Source: an uncultured Bacteroidota bacterium
GTDB taxonomy: Bacteria > Bacteroidota > Bacteroidia > Chitinophagales > LD1
Direction of reading: 5' to 3'
Assembly (NCBI GenBank): GCA_937894725.1
Contig: CALAYL010000037.1
Coordinates: 11,079 to 75,078 of the forward strand
DNA: 64,000 nucleotides
Numbering within the stretch: the first letter of the stretch is position 1; every line of letters starts with the position of its first letter. Shown here piece by piece: positions 45,781 to 55,401 of the stretch. The notes under the pieces were generated by a model. That model did not search any database. It was not told where the DNA came from and saw only the letters and a program-made list of their open reading frames with translations. Both the position numbers and the translations under genes were made by a program.

Positions 45781-46209
45781 ATGCAAACCATCAAAACATT
45801 TGATAATTCTTTTGAGGCACATATTTGGAAGGAGAAATTTGTGGCCAATGGAATCGATGCTTTTTTACTTGATGAGATGACCTCTAGCACTATGCCTGTG
45901 TGGAATATGGCGATAGGGGGCATCAAGCTCGTAGTAGCAGATGAAATTTACACAGTAGCACTACTGAAACTCAAAGAATTTGAAGTGGACTATGCTCAAT
46001 CTGCTACCTGCCCTGTTTGCCAAAAAGCTGGGTTGGACTATCTTCCCCAAAAATCAGGTGTCAATTTTTTGACAGAAATTTTCACTTGGATATTTAGCTC
46101 TTATTCTGTGGCTGTGGACTATGTGTATCACTGTGCTAGCTGTGGCTTTGAGAGTGCTTCTTTACCCCCTTCAGTCGAGGAAATAGAGGTTTATTCAGAA
46201 AATAATTGA
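45781..46209 (+). CDS. DUF2007-like protein with a C-terminal Cys4 zinc ribbon
   Basis: 142 aa. The N-terminal FEAHIWKEKFVANGIDAFLLDE resembles DUF2007. It also has CPVC...CASC. Confidence 0.4.
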   Translation: MQTIKTFDNSFEAHIWKEKFVANGIDAFLLDEMTSSTMPVWNMAIGGIKLVVADEIYTVALLKLKEFEVDYAQSATCPVCQKAGLDYLPQKSGVNFLTEIFTWIFSSYSVAVDYVYHCASCGFESASLPPSVEEIEVYSENN

Positions 46210-46239
46210 CTAAAAGTTTTATTTATCCACATTTAATCC

Positions 46240-46247
46240 TACATTTG
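46240..46247 (+). promoter_or_regulatory. -7 box (TAnnTTTG) candidate, giving a ~140-nt leader for the helicase gene
   Basis: TACATTTG lies 147 nt upstream of the ATG at 46395. Confidence 0.3.
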
Positions 46248-46394
46248 CACCGCATTAGCAAAAACAGTTTGCCAGCAATCTTCGTCTCTTTCGGTTATTC
46301 ATATCCCAATTTGAAGAATGTCGGCAACACTAAAGCGACATATTATTTAACTGAGAGAAATAAGTAAGACGATTTCTTTCAAAAATTTCAAACA

Positions 46395-48386
46395 ATGGAA
46401 TTATTCAGAGCCCTTGGGCTTAGTGAATCGACTTTGGCTGCACTTGCCAAAAAAGGATTCGTAACACCGTCTCCAATTCAGGAGCGCACCATCCCTACTT
46501 TGCTCAATACAGACAAGGATGTAGTAGGCCAAGCCCAAACGGGTACAGGCAAAACAGCCGCATTCGGCCTACCACTTATCGAGCGTATCGATGAAAATGA
46601 AAAAACGGTACAAGCTATCGTACTCTGCCCTACCCGCGAATTAGCGGTGCAAGTTTGTGAAGAAATCATGTCATTTAGAGGAGGCAAAAAAATCAATGTA
46701 TTGCCTATCTATGGTGGCCAGTCATATGAAATCCAAATCAGAGGATTGAAAAAAGGGGTGCATATTGTAGTAGGAACACCTGGTCGAGTACGTGACCATA
46801 TCAATAAAGGAATACTTCGTCTCGGTGATGTCAAATTTATGGTACTTGATGAAGCAGATGAAATGCTAAACATGGGTTTCGAGGAGGAAGTAAAGGAAAT
46901 CTTAAAAGAAATACCTAAAGAGCGTAGAATGTTGCTGTTTTCAGCTACCATGCCACCAAATATCTTGAAACTTGTAAAAACATATATCAAACCAAACTAC
47001 GAACTCGTAGAGGTGCAAAAACAACAAGTAACTACCGACACTGTAGATCAAATACACTATGAAGTATATGACAATGACAGATTCGAAGCTATGTGCCGTA
47101 TCATTGATACCAATCCCGATTTTTATGGTATCGTGTTTTGTAAAACCAAAATCGAAACTGACCAATTGGCCAGCCGTCTCAATGATAGAGGGTATGAAGC
47201 AGAAGGCATACATGGCGATGTGACTCAGTCGCAGCGTGAATTGATTTTGCGCAGTTTTAAGGCTAAGAAGCTTCGCATCCTAGTAGCTACCGATGTAGCC
47301 GCTAGAGGGATAGATGTAAATGACCTTACACACGTAGTGAACTACCGCCTACCACAAGACCCTGAAGCTTATGTACACCGTATAGGTCGTACAGGTAGAG
47401 CTGGTAAAAAGGGGATTGCCCTTACACTGGTATCTCCAGGTGACAAGCGTGATTTTATATACATACAACGTGTTGCAAAAACTACTATTCGCAGAGAAGT
47501 ATTGCCAACAGTAGAAGATGTAGTACAGGTAAAGAAAAACGCATTCAAAAAGAAAATTCAAATATTACTTGACCTCGGTGCTACAGATGAGTATTCAGAA
47601 TTGGCAAATGAGTTGTTGGGTGAAAGTACTACACACGAAGAGCTTGTAGCAGCTTTGCTTAAGTATGCAGTGCGTGATGAACTATCGCAAGACAACTACG
47701 CAGAAGTAGCCGATATCATGTCTAAGGGAGGTACAACAAACCGTGGTAATAACGGAGGTGGAAACTTCGGTTCAAACGTGGTGAGATTATTTGTGGCTAA
47801 AGGGAAAGATGATAGATTCAACAAAGGCGACATTTTAGATTTCTTGGAAAAAGAAGGAGGTATCAACGGCAATTCAATTTCTGAAATTAGAATTTTTGAC
47901 AAGTTTACTTTTATCAATATAGAACCAAACGAAGCAGAAACATTACTCGCTATATTCTCAAAAACAAAAGGAAACGGAAAGCCACTTGTAACTAGAGCTA
48001 AGGATCGAGATGCAAGCGGTGGCGGACGTTCAGGAGGGGGAGGTAGCTATGGCGGTGGTGGCCGTAGAGAGTACAACTCTGATGCAGCACCTAGAACGAA
48101 TAGTGGCAACAGAGGCGGTTTTGAACAAGGTGAACGTAGCCGAAAACCATATGGCGATAACAACGACAAACCAAGCTATGGTGGAGGACGCGATAGAGAC
48201 AGAGATAGTTCAAACACAGGTTCATTTACACCTAAAAAGCGTGAAAGAAAGCCAATCTCTAACAGCTCTAGCGCACCTAGCGATGTATCAAAAGCAATTA
48301 AGGATTTCGAATCTTACATCCCATCAAAAAACAAAAAGTCAAACACAAAATTTGAAGCAAACTTTTCTGATGATTTGAGTTGGTAA
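46395..48386 (+). CDS. DEAD-box ATP-dependent RNA helicase (DeaD/CsdA-like) with a DbpA-type RNA-binding domain and a Gly/Arg-rich tail
   Basis: Q motif, AQTGTGKT, DEAD, SAT, HRIGRTGRAG. The C-terminus carries GGGRSGGGGSYGGGGRR and other low-complexity sequence. Confidence 0.9.
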   Translation: MELFRALGLSESTLAALAKKGFVTPSPIQERTIPTLLNTDKDVVGQAQTGTGKTAAFGLPLIERIDENEKTVQAIVLCPTRELAVQVCEEIMSFRGGKKINVLPIYGGQSYEIQIRGLKKGVHIVVGTPGRVRDHINKGILRLGDVKFMVLDEADEMLNMGFEEEVKEILKEIPKERRMLLFSATMPPNILKLVKTYIKPNYELVEVQKQQVTTDTVDQIHYEVYDNDRFEAMCRIIDTNPDFYGIVFCKTKIETDQLASRLNDRGYEAEGIHGDVTQSQRELILRSFKAKKLRILVATDVAARGIDVNDLTHVVNYRLPQDPEAYVHRIGRTGRAGKKGIALTLVSPGDKRDFIYIQRVAKTTIRREVLPTVEDVVQVKKNAFKKKIQILLDLGATDEYSELANELLGESTTHEELVAALLKYAVRDELSQDNYAEVADIMSKGGTTNRGNNGGGNFGSNVVRLFVAKGKDDRFNKGDILDFLEKEGGINGNSISEIRIFDKFTFINIEPNEAETLLAIFSKTKGNGKPLVTRAKDRDASGGGRSGGGGSYGGGGRREYNSDAAPRTNSGNRGGFEQGERSRKPYGDNNDKPSYGGGRDRDRDSSNTGSFTPKKRERKPISNSSSAPSDVSKAIKDFESYIPSKNKKSNTKFEANFSDDLSW

Positions 48387-48406
48387 GCAATCCAATAAAA
48401 TAGTGA

Positions 48407-48437
48407 AATGGCTACCCGATGGGTAGCCATTTTTTTT
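48407..48437 (+). terminator. Rho-independent terminator candidate (between convergent genes)
   Basis: 11-bp perfect stem aatggctaccc / gggtagccatt with a 3-nt loop (gat), followed by 7 T. Confidence 0.75.
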
Positions 48438-48444
48438 GATAGGA

Positions 48445-49506
48445 TTACTGCTCTATGATAGATATATAGCGGTTTAACGCATCTGTCTCAGCAGCTATAA
48501 TAAAGTTAATAAAATCAGCTTTGTCGTTTTCTACTTGCGCTTTTTCGAGGCAAGTGTAATACGCCATTCTTGATTTTGAGTCACCCTTGATGTTCGCTAT
48601 GACAAAACCGTGCTGAAGCAAGATTAGATTCATAAGCAATCGAGCAGTACGACCATTGCCATCTACAAAGGGATGAATAGTAACCAATCGCTCATGCGCT
48701 TCTGCTGCTAGTAATACGGGATGTAAGCTGTGTTGATTTTGATTATACCAAGCAAAAAAATCATCCATCAGCTCTCTCACTTTAAAAGGACTAGGCGGGA
48801 AATGCTTACTGCCTTTTATCATCACTTGTACATCTCTATATACACCCGCAGACTTAGTATCTACTCCACGCAGTATCAAATTGTGAATACTCAAAACAAG
48901 CGATTGATTTATTCGCTCTTTTTTTGTCATCAGTTCTTTTATAAATCCGATAGCATCTTTATGATTGATAGCCTCTAAGTGCTCACGCATTGTTTTTCCA
49001 GATATTGTCAAGCCTTCATTTACAATCAAATCTGTCTCTCTAAGTGTAAGTGTATTGCCTTCTATTCGATTACTTTCATAGGTGTACTCAAGCTCTAATG
49101 CCTGAGCTACTCTATAGCTATCATACTTTCGAAAAGAATTTAGTTTTTTACGTAGTTTATCTATTTCTTTTAAAAGTGGAGCATAGCTAGGGTGCGTTAT
49201 CTGCTTTTTACTCGGTTTTGCTTCATATCTTACTACCTCTTCGGCTAGTATAAGGGCATCTAAACCAAACTCTTCACCTGCTATTTCATATCGAATTTTT
49301 TCACTCAGCCATAGGGTCATCCACTGTTTTTTTGAACCACCAAGCACAGTATATAGAGCTTCTACTTGCTCTTTTGTGGGCTTTCGTTTACCACTTTCAA
49401 ACTTTGAAAGCAATGCGGCATCAATATTTAGCATTGATGCTAGTTCACGCATCAAAAGTCCTTTTGCGTTTCTTCTTTCATTAAGATAGCTCTTGAATGT
49501 TTTCAT
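48445..49506 (-). CDS. XRE-family HTH fused to a Fic (AMPylase-type) domain
   Basis: Start set at MKTFKSYLNERRNAKGLLMRELASMLNIDAALLSKFESGKRKPT (HTH). Inhibitory-helix motif SNRIEGN, matching (S/T)xxxE(G/N). Fic core HPFVDGNGRTARLLMN. Confidence 0.8.
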   Translation of the reverse strand: MKTFKSYLNERRNAKGLLMRELASMLNIDAALLSKFESGKRKPTKEQVEALYTVLGGSKKQWMTLWLSEKIRYEIAGEEFGLDALILAEEVVRYEAKPSKKQITHPSYAPLLKEIDKLRKKLNSFRKYDSYRVAQALELEYTYESNRIEGNTLTLRETDLIVNEGLTISGKTMREHLEAINHKDAIGFIKELMTKKERINQSLVLSIHNLILRGVDTKSAGVYRDVQVMIKGSKHFPPSPFKVRELMDDFFAWYNQNQHSLHPVLLAAEAHERLVTIHPFVDGNGRTARLLMNLILLQHGFVIANIKGDSKSRMAYYTCLEKAQVENDKADFINFIIAAETDALNRYISIIEQ

Positions 49507-49507
49507 A

Positions 49508-49539
49508 ATGACTTTTTTTGTCATGACAAAATTAGTCAT
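49508..49539 (-). promoter_or_regulatory. Double palindrome operator candidate overlapping a -7 box
   Basis: The reverse strand reads ATGAC-TAATTTT-GTCATGAC-AAAAAAA-GTCAT, followed by one nt and then the ATG. That is two ATGAC-N7-GTCAT palindromes that overlap in the central GTCATGAC. The first spacer contains TAATTTTG (49527-49534). Confidence 0.45.
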
Positions 49540-49591
49540 TTTTTTGAATAACAAAAATCTTTTTTACTTTTAAATTAATTGCTTTTTGGAG

Positions 49592-51490
49592 TTAATAAGC
49601 TCTGTCGTTGGTGCCGTTCATGAAATTCACAAACGCTTTGTTTGCTACTCGATTTCCACCTGGCGTAGGGTAGTCTCCAGTAAAATACCAATCACCTAAA
49701 TCATTGGGACAAGCTAAGTGTAGATTTTCTACTGTTTGGAATACGACCTCTACTTGTGCAAATATCTGTTGGGGTTTTACTATTTCAGAAATTTTTGCCG
49801 AAATCTCCTCTTCAGTGTACAGCGCATAAAGTTTCTTTACATGATTTTCTACCACATCAGTAGTGTTCAATTCATCTGCTTTACATAGCTCATACACTTC
49901 TTCCATTTTGTCTCTTTGATTGTTTTCATTGAGTAACGCAACTAATGCTCTAAAGGCAATGAAATCATTCATTCTCGACATGTCTATGCCATAGCAGTCT
50001 GGATAACGAATCTGAGGAGCTGAGGAAACAATAATGATTTTTTTAGGGTTTAATCTGTCCAATATTCTTAAAATACTTTTTTGAAGCGTTGTACCTCTTA
50101 CAATAGAGTCGTCAATCACGACCAAGCTGTCTAAATGCGGACGAACACTCCCATAGGTAATGTCGTAAACATGTGATACAAGCTCATCGCGGGAAGAGTC
50201 ATCTGTAATAAATGTGCGCATTTTTACGTCCTTTACCGCTATTTTTTCGATTCGGAGTTTCCAACGAATAAGCTTTTCTAAAATAGCAGTTGTTAGATTT
50301 TCCTGCTCTTGAATTGCCTTTACCTTTTCGACAGTGAGATGGTCTTCTACGCCTTTTATCATGCCATAAAAAGCAACTTCCGCTGTGTTTGGTATAAATG
50401 AAAATACAGTATTTTCTAAATCATTATCTATTGCTTTTAGTATTTGTGGTACTAACTTTACGCCTAGCATTTTTCGCTCTGCATAGATTTCGGCATCTGT
50501 GCCTCGAGAAAAATAAATCCGTTCGAAACTGCAAGACTTTTTTTCACGAGGTTCGAGAATCATATCTTCTCTCACCTTCCCATTTTTTTCTATCACAAGG
50601 GCGTGTCCTGGAGGAACTTCTTTTATCTGATCAAATCGAACATTAAATGCGGTCTGGATGCAGGGTCTTTCTGAAGCTACTACCACTACCTCATCATCAT
50701 GGTAGTAATAAGCAGGACGAATGCCGTTAGGATCTCTCAATACAAATGCATCACCATGCCCAAACATGCCAGCCATAGCAAAACCTCCATCAAAATTGCG
50801 GGCTGAACGTCTAAGAATACGTTTGACACTAATTTCTTTGATTATAAAATCGGTGATCTCCTTGTTGCTATAACCTTGATCTTTGTATTTATCAAAAATC
50901 GTTTGCACCTCTGAATCAAGGAAGTGACCAATTTTTTCCATCACGGTGATGGTATCACTTTTCTCTATAGGATGTTGGCCAAGGGTAATGAGATTATCAA
51001 ACAGTTCATTTACGTTGGTCATGTTAAAATTGCCTGCCAATACTAGGTTTCGGGTCATCCAATTATTTTCTCTCAAAAATGGATGGCAATAGGAGTCATT
51101 GTTTTTGCCATAAGTGCCATAGCGCAAATGACCGAGTAAGAGTTCACCTACATAGGGGATATTATCTTTAGCCCATTTGGCTTCAGCAGCTGGATTGTCG
51201 AGAGGCTGTCTATCTTTTGGAAATTGCGAAAACACATGATCAAACAGATCAAGCAGAGGCGTAGCCTTTGCCGAACGATAACGATTGATAAAATGACTGC
51301 CTGGGGTAGGGTCAAGCTTTATAACTGCTGCACCTGCACCGTCTTGACCACGATTATGCTGCTTTTCCATAAGCAAATACAGCTTGTTGAGACCATACGA
51401 CACAGTATTGTACTTTTCGACATAATATTCGAGGGGTTTCAGCAATCGAATGAGGGCGATTCCACATTCGTGTTTTATAGCATCGCTCAT
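49592..51490 (-). CDS. purF: Amidophosphoribosyltransferase (long Bacteroidota type)
   Basis: 632 aa with the N-terminal nucleophile context HECGIALIRL (Ntn glutamine amidotransferase) and the PRTase motif VVIDDSIVRGTT. Confidence 0.85.
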   Translation of the reverse strand: MSDAIKHECGIALIRLLKPLEYYVEKYNTVSYGLNKLYLLMEKQHNRGQDGAGAAVIKLDPTPGSHFINRYRSAKATPLLDLFDHVFSQFPKDRQPLDNPAAEAKWAKDNIPYVGELLLGHLRYGTYGKNNDSYCHPFLRENNWMTRNLVLAGNFNMTNVNELFDNLITLGQHPIEKSDTITVMEKIGHFLDSEVQTIFDKYKDQGYSNKEITDFIIKEISVKRILRRSARNFDGGFAMAGMFGHGDAFVLRDPNGIRPAYYYHDDEVVVVASERPCIQTAFNVRFDQIKEVPPGHALVIEKNGKVREDMILEPREKKSCSFERIYFSRGTDAEIYAERKMLGVKLVPQILKAIDNDLENTVFSFIPNTAEVAFYGMIKGVEDHLTVEKVKAIQEQENLTTAILEKLIRWKLRIEKIAVKDVKMRTFITDDSSRDELVSHVYDITYGSVRPHLDSLVVIDDSIVRGTTLQKSILRILDRLNPKKIIIVSSAPQIRYPDCYGIDMSRMNDFIAFRALVALLNENNQRDKMEEVYELCKADELNTTDVVENHVKKLYALYTEEEISAKISEIVKPQQIFAQVEVVFQTVENLHLACPNDLGDWYFTGDYPTPGGNRVANKAFVNFMNGTNDRAY

Positions 51491-51545
51491 AGAGGGGTGG
51501 GCTGGTAAGTTGCGAAGTTAATTTTTCAAATTGGACTACAAAAAT

Positions 51546-51553
51546 TAGATTTG
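51546..51553 (+). promoter_or_regulatory. -7 box (TAnnTTTG) candidate
   Basis: TAGATTTG lies 16 nt upstream of the ATG at 51570. Confidence 0.35.
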
Positions 51554-51569
51554 CAGAAATAACTTTTTT

Positions 51570-52166
51570 ATGAGAAAGGCAATGCTAGCGTTTTTGGTTG
51601 GCTTAAGCTTGTTTACTAGCTGTAGTGAAACAAAAGAAGAATTCTTTTATCTTCCATTTGAATTAAAAAATATTTACAAGTATGATTTAGGTGATACCTT
51701 AGTTTTTGTGAGTAATAGTGCAGATACAGCAGTATTTAATATTGTCAGCAAAAACACAAATATTAATAGGCAAGAGTATAAAGAGCAATTCAATAAAAAA
51801 GCTATTTCACACAAAGAGTCGATGGATATTTACCTCCAAAACACTACGCATACTGAGGAGGGTTTATTTTTAAATTTATTCTCTTATATAGAGGGTAGTG
51901 TTAAATACAAACTCAATATCACCTCTCATTTTGGGGATTATGGCTCACTAGTTTTATCGAAAAATGCTAGTGTTTTTGACCCCTCCATACCTTTTGTACC
52001 ATTAGCCATTACTGTGGGTGGAAAGTCTTATACCACTGCTTTTAAAATGAGTATGACTCCTTCGGATAGTATTATTAAAAAAGTAGCAAACTTGTATCTT
52101 ATAGACGGGGTCGGCATCGTAGGCTACGACACTTACAATGGCAGCGAATATCGTTTAGTACAATAG
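51570..52166 (+). CDS. Hypothetical lipoprotein
   Basis: 198 aa with lipobox LSLFTSC. I recognise no family. Confidence 0.5.
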   Translation: MRKAMLAFLVGLSLFTSCSETKEEFFYLPFELKNIYKYDLGDTLVFVSNSADTAVFNIVSKNTNINRQEYKEQFNKKAISHKESMDIYLQNTTHTEEGLFLNLFSYIEGSVKYKLNITSHFGDYGSLVLSKNASVFDPSIPFVPLAITVGGKSYTTAFKMSMTPSDSIIKKVANLYLIDGVGIVGYDTYNGSEYRLVQ

Positions 52167-52210
52167 CTTTTCATAAAATATAAAAAACTTTTCGTACTCT
52201 TAAGTCTGCT

Positions 52211-53899
52211 ATGCCACTCAATCAAACTTTTCGGAATCTAAATAGGACGCGAGAAATTCTCGGTATCCTTATCAAATGGGGGTTTGAGGACGTAATAATC
52301 AATTCTACCCTGCGTAATCTTGTACCAGAGAGCTATCGGATGAAATGGATCAGAAATGATAGGCCCATCGAAGAATTTACCCGCTATGAGCGTATTCGAT
52401 TGGCCACGGTCGAGCTTGGGCCGACTTTCGTCAAACTAGCACAGATATTGAGCAATAGACCCGATATAATTCCAGAGGGTCTCGTAAAGGAATTTGAGAA
52501 ACTGCAAGACCGAGTACCACCTTTCCCTTCGGCAGAAGCTATGCGAATTGTAGAAAGAGAAATCGGTAGGCCAATTTCGGAAGTGTTTGAGGAATTTAGC
52601 GAGTTGCCATTGGCTTCGGCCTCTATAGGTCAAGTGCACCGTGCTAAACTCCGAACTGGTGAAGAGGTGGTAGTAAAAGTGCAACGCCCCACAGTAGCCG
52701 AGCAAATAGAGCAAGACATGAATATCATCACTGACGCGGTGAATAGAGCTGATCGATATTTGCGTAAGCAAGGCATTATCAATGCTATTGATGTGGTAGG
52801 GGTATTTGAGCGTTCGCTTAGTAAAGAGCTTGACTATAGAAACGAAGCGAGAAACCTAGAGCGATTTAGGTCCACATACAAACATCGTAGAGATTTTTAT
52901 ATTCCTAAACCTTATCGAGAATACTCTACCGACAAGGTGCTAATAATGGAATTTGTAAAGGGTTGCAAAATCACCGATGTAGATCAGCTGAGAGCGTGGG
53001 GCATTAAGCCAAAGGATGTGGTGGAGCGAGGTATGGATATTTACCTCACACAGATTTTTGAGTTTGGCTACTTTCATGGAGATCCCCATCCGGGCAATAT
53101 CTTGGTAAGAGAAGATGGTACTATCATTCTATTGGATTTCGGTATGATTGGCCAATTAATGAAAAAAGACAAGTACGCTTTTGCGGGTATTTTTATTTCT
53201 ATGGCGCGCCATGACGCGCGTGAAATGGCGATCAATCTTCGCAAGTTGGCTACTCAAGACAGTATCACCGACATGCGCCAGTTTACCTACGACTTGAATG
53301 ATTTGATAGAAGATTATGCCTCACTAGATGTGAGTGAATCGAGTATTCAAGATGTGATTAATCGACTACAAAAAATAATGTATGATTATAAAATCACTGT
53401 CCCAGGTGGTGTTTTTATTGTTTTTAGGGCTTTTGCAATTTTAGAAGGTATAGGTAAATTAATGTATCCAGAGTTTAAAACCTATGATTTCATAAGGCCC
53501 TATGGTCAGCGGCTTTTGACAGAGCAGCTCAAGCCCGAAAACTTGATGAACGAAGCCGTGAGCAAGTTCTCAAATGTGTACGGCTTTTTGTCTGCTTTAC
53601 CTACTACTATCAATAACATATTGCAAAAGGTAAATAGCGGCAAAATTCATATGGAGGTAGAGTTACAGGGTTACGGATATGCGCTCAAAAAATGGGATAG
53701 TATCACCAATCGAATGGTGATAACGTATGTGCTTTGTGCCTTGATCATGGGGGCTTCTATTGCATTATTGGGCAACTATGGACCCGAGATGACTTATTAC
53801 TATGGTATCAATGCATGGAGCTTTATAGGGTATTGTATAGCAGGTGGTTTGTTTGTAATACTGCTTTACACGATCATGCGCAGAAGGATTTACAAGTAA
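52211..53899 (+). CDS. ubiB: ABC1/UbiB-family atypical kinase
   Basis: 562 aa: LGPTFVKLAQILSNRPD, ASASIGQVHRA, HGDPHPGNIL, DFGM. Two C-terminal TM helices. Confidence 0.8.
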   Translation: MPLNQTFRNLNRTREILGILIKWGFEDVIINSTLRNLVPESYRMKWIRNDRPIEEFTRYERIRLATVELGPTFVKLAQILSNRPDIIPEGLVKEFEKLQDRVPPFPSAEAMRIVEREIGRPISEVFEEFSELPLASASIGQVHRAKLRTGEEVVVKVQRPTVAEQIEQDMNIITDAVNRADRYLRKQGIINAIDVVGVFERSLSKELDYRNEARNLERFRSTYKHRRDFYIPKPYREYSTDKVLIMEFVKGCKITDVDQLRAWGIKPKDVVERGMDIYLTQIFEFGYFHGDPHPGNILVREDGTIILLDFGMIGQLMKKDKYAFAGIFISMARHDAREMAINLRKLATQDSITDMRQFTYDLNDLIEDYASLDVSESSIQDVINRLQKIMYDYKITVPGGVFIVFRAFAILEGIGKLMYPEFKTYDFIRPYGQRLLTEQLKPENLMNEAVSKFSNVYGFLSALPTTINNILQKVNSGKIHMEVELQGYGYALKKWDSITNRMVITYVLCALIMGASIALLGNYGPEMTYYYGINAWSFIGYCIAGGLFVILLYTIMRRRIYK

Positions 53900-53902
53900 A
53901 CC

Positions 53903-54427
53903 TTATTGTTTCGCTTTTATACTCTCCAATTTTGCCTTATAAAAAGATTTTGTAGCCACGTACAGTGTTCTATCAATCTCAGCAATCACTTTCTCATTTT
54001 TATTTACCCAATTCACCTTTAACTCATAGTTCATTTCTCCTTTTTCTGATACTTCGCTTTTTACTTTTTCAATAAAATCGGGGGTGAGTATCAAGCGGGC
54101 ATATATTTTTTCTGTACCAGGTCGTTTAAATCGAATAGTGGCCGATTTGTCCCAGACCACATACTCTGTGCCCAAAATCCGATAAAGCATAATCATATAG
54201 AATGGGTCGGTAGCGCTAAACATGCTGCCTCCGAATATGGTACCCACATAATTTCTTGACCAAAAATTGACAGCTAGTCGAAGCTGTACTTCATGCCATT
54301 TATCTTCGATAAAAAGTATCTTGACTCCCGTGCCAAAAATAGCAGGAAACGCATTCATAGCATAGCGATAGAGCCGAGTGCGGAGACTTTCGGTTAGTTT
54401 CGTATGGAGAAAATCGGGTTGAGCCAT
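53903..54427 (-). CDS. DUF4442-like hotdog-fold protein
   Basis: 174 aa: NYVGTIFGGSMFSATDPFYMIML, a hotdog-like core. The ATG overlaps the moxR stop (TAATG). Confidence 0.4.
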   Translation of the reverse strand: MAQPDFLHTKLTESLRTRLYRYAMNAFPAIFGTGVKILFIEDKWHEVQLRLAVNFWSRNYVGTIFGGSMFSATDPFYMIMLYRILGTEYVVWDKSATIRFKRPGTEKIYARLILTPDFIEKVKSEVSEKGEMNYELKVNWVNKNEKVIAEIDRTLYVATKSFYKAKLESIKAKQ

Positions 54428-55386
54428 TATAGAAGTTCGGTGATAAGCTGCTCTACAGTGAGACCCTCTGCTTCGGCTTTATAATTTTTAAATACACGAT
54501 GGCGTAGTACGGAGGTAGCTACAGCTTTTACATCTTCGATATCGGGTGAATATTTGCCATTGACTGCTGCATGGCATTTAGCCCCTAACACGAGATACTG
54601 GGAGGCTCTAGGGCCTGCACCCCAAGATATATAGTTGTTTACTCTAGCCAATGACTCAGGTCTATTTGGACGAGTTTTAGCTACTAATTTCACGGCATAC
54701 TCAAGCACGTTGTCTGCGATAGGAATTTTGCGAATGAGATTTTGGAAATATTTTATTTCGGTATCGTTCATCATTTTAGTTAAATCCACTCTCGTGCCCG
54801 AAGTAGTCGATTTTACCACCTCTACCTCCTCCTCAAAAGAAGGATAATCCAATATCAAACTAAACATAAATCGATCTAACTGTGCCTCAGGCAGTGGGTA
54901 AGTACCTTCTTGCTCGATTGGATTTTGGGTGGCTAAAACAAAAAACGGAGATGGCAATATATGGCGAGTACCAGATACTGTGACGGTGCGCTCCTGCATA
55001 GCTTCGAGCAGGGCAGATTGGGTTTTTGGCGGAGTACGATTTATCTCATCTGCCAATACGATATTGCTAAAAATGGGGCCTCGGTTAAATTTGAAATGGC
55101 GCGACTCATCAAGCAATTCAGTACCCACTATATCTGTAGGCATAAGGTCTGGGGTAAACTGAATACGACTGAAACTCAAATCTAATACACGTGAAATCGT
55201 GTGTACAGTAAGCGTTTTGGCTAAGCCGGGTACACCTATCAAAAGTGCGTGACCATCACAAAATACGGCTATCAAAATTTGATTTACAATATCGTGCTGA
55301 CCTACTATTACTTTATTTATCTCTTGCTTAAGTGTGCTTACTTTTTTTGAAAAGGCCTCTAATGCCTCTACTTCGGTATTATACAT
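54427..55386 (-). CDS. MoxR-family AAA+ ATPase
   Basis: 319 aa: GVPGLAKT (Walker A), LADEINRTPPKTQSALLEAMQE, ATQNPIEQEGTYPLPEAQLDRF. Confidence 0.85.
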   Translation of the reverse strand: MYNTEVEALEAFSKKVSTLKQEINKVIVGQHDIVNQILIAVFCDGHALLIGVPGLAKTLTVHTISRVLDLSFSRIQFTPDLMPTDIVGTELLDESRHFKFNRGPIFSNIVLADEINRTPPKTQSALLEAMQERTVTVSGTRHILPSPFFVLATQNPIEQEGTYPLPEAQLDRFMFSLILDYPSFEEEVEVVKSTTSGTRVDLTKMMNDTEIKYFQNLIRKIPIADNVLEYAVKLVAKTRPNRPESLARVNNYISWGAGPRASQYLVLGAKCHAAVNGKYSPDIEDVKAVATSVLRHRVFKNYKAEAEGLTVEQLITELL

Positions 55387-55401
55387 GCTTGCTATTTTAT
55401 A

